From a virus: DNA of 64,000 nt. The DNA is taken from positions 16,662 through 80,661 of the IMG/VR virus record IMGVR_UViG_3300040806_003461, one strand, 5' to 3'. Shown here one piece after another: positions 63,177-64,000 of this stretch. The stretch's first letter is position 1. Each line of letters starts with the position of its first letter. The notes under the pieces were generated by a model, which saw only the letters and a program-made list of their open reading frames with translations, ran no database searches and was not told where the DNA came from. The translations under genes were made by a program, and so were the position numbers.

Positions 63177-64000
63177 TTATGCCCCACCTTCGTATTGGTT
63201 TTTATAGTATCCTGTCGCCAAAATTCCTGGGATTGTTTGTGTAACTGCGGAGTATCCGCCACCTTGCGATGTCCCAACGTCATATGTGTAGTTATCCGAG
63301 CCTTGGACGGATGTCGGTATATCAATTTCTTGGTTATAAGTTTGATTGAATTTTAATGTCCCGTTCCAATAAACTCTTACACGCCATTCGCTAAAATCAA
63401 TTTGCTCTTCAAGCCAGTAATATTCTGGTGATGATAAGCTATATTGGTTACTCGTAACTTGGTCACTGCCCGTCGCACTTTCTGATATATCAAGTTTTAT
63501 TATGGCTTCACGAGGTCCATACGAATTGGAAGCGCTGTTATCCGAAAAGAAAAACGATCTACTTGTATTTAATTGAAGCCACGTATTGTAAGCGTTTGGC
63601 GAAGGCGTCGGATTACTAAAGCTTTGTCCTGTATCAGACGAATAAACTGTTGCTCTTACATAATAAGTTTTAGTTGGGGAAGGCGCATTGCTATTCCAAT
63701 CTAAGTGACCAGTGGCACTATATTGCGGGAATCTGTCAGAATCATAATCTTCAATTGTACCGCTTGAGTTAACTCTCCAACCCATAAGAATAGATCCATC
63801 TGTTAAAGGAGGCACTCCGTTAGTTTCTGGAGATAAAGCTGTACCTTCAAGAGAAACCGTTTCGTTTGCCGCTGATAAGCTTGTATCATTAATCGTAACT
63901 GATACTGAAGCACCGCCTGCATTAAACGTTGCAGTTTCAGTACCTTCAGTATTTGAATCATTAGCCAACGTGATTTGAGTTGTTCCACTAGAAGATGCAA
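63177..64000 (-). CDS. C-terminal part of a fibre-like protein, paralog of 60662..62374; 5' end lies outside the window
   Basis: Frame open to the window edge (ASSGTTQITLAND matches GASGSTSITLAND); ends ATGYYKNQYEGGA. Confidence 0.7.
   Translation of the reverse strand, partial: ASSSGTTQITLANDSNTEGTETATFNAGGASVSVTINDTSLSAANETVSLEGTALSPETNGVPPLTDGSILMGWRVNSSGTIEDYDSDRFPQYSATGHLDWNSNAPSPTKTYYVRATVYSSDTGQSFSNPTPSPNAYNTWLQLNTSRSFFFSDNSASNSYGPREAIIKLDISESATGSDQVTSNQYSLSSPEYYWLEEQIDFSEWRVRVYWNGTLKFNQTYNQEIDIPTSVQGSDNYTYDVGTSQGGGYSAVTQTIPGILATGYYKNQYEGGA

Noticed and set aside
615-63356. Numerous 60-175-aa ORFs antisense to, or nested within, identified genes
   Set aside because: They overlap well-supported genes, lack SD sequences and motifs, and are treated as shadow ORFs
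63177-63968. ORF-track start at 63968 as a complete 263-aa gene
   Set aside because: The frame is open to the window edge and continues to match the paralog, so the gene is truncated by the window
1-64000. tRNA, rRNA or group I intron
   Set aside because: Intergenic gaps are short and accounted for; no cloverleaf or interrupted core gene was seen by eye; tRNAscan/Infernal would be needed to exclude fully

Overview
A 64 kb slice of a T4-like (myovirus) phage genome. The host is probably a marine proteobacterium, likely alpha (inferred from FabB, a ROSE-like element, VrlC, Hsp20 and peroxiredoxin). Layout: (1) 1-24.7 kb, minus strand: tail fibre/adhesin, VrlC, a multidomain S8 protease and baseplate genes (gp8, gp9/10-like, gp7, gp6, gp25, M15 peptidase, gp5, gp27-like, split gp53, gp48). 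(2) 24.7-29.5 kb, plus strand: gp4, gp2, gp54/19-like, gp26, an unannotated gp51 and a gp29 tape measure, with a perfect -1 slippery site that could fuse gp26 to gp51. (3) 29.5-35.8 kb: Hsp20 with a ROSE-like thermometer, dUTPase, RegA, clamp loader, clamp and DexA. (4) 35.8-44.3 kb: a cytosine hypermodification locus with dCMP hydroxymethylase, an NDP-sugar kinase/nucleotidyltransferase, a HAD phosphatase, two GT-B glycosyltransferases and an atypical C5-MTase; two of these carry clamp-binding-like C-terminal tails. (5) 44.3-48.2 kb: early genes in repeated sigma70 promoter cassettes, including fabB. (6) 48.7-56.1 kb: a compact natural-product-like tailoring operon (P450, GNAT, flavin halogenase, minimal adenylating enzyme, B12 radical SAM, two 2OG-Fe oxygenases, MTase). 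(7) 56.1-64 kb: glycosyltransferases, an MTase and a radical SAM/SPASM enzyme downstream of two duplicated fibre+chaperone modules whose fibres both end in EGGA. No tRNA, rRNA or CRISPR array was seen. All assignments come from motif recognition and synteny; no database searches were run.
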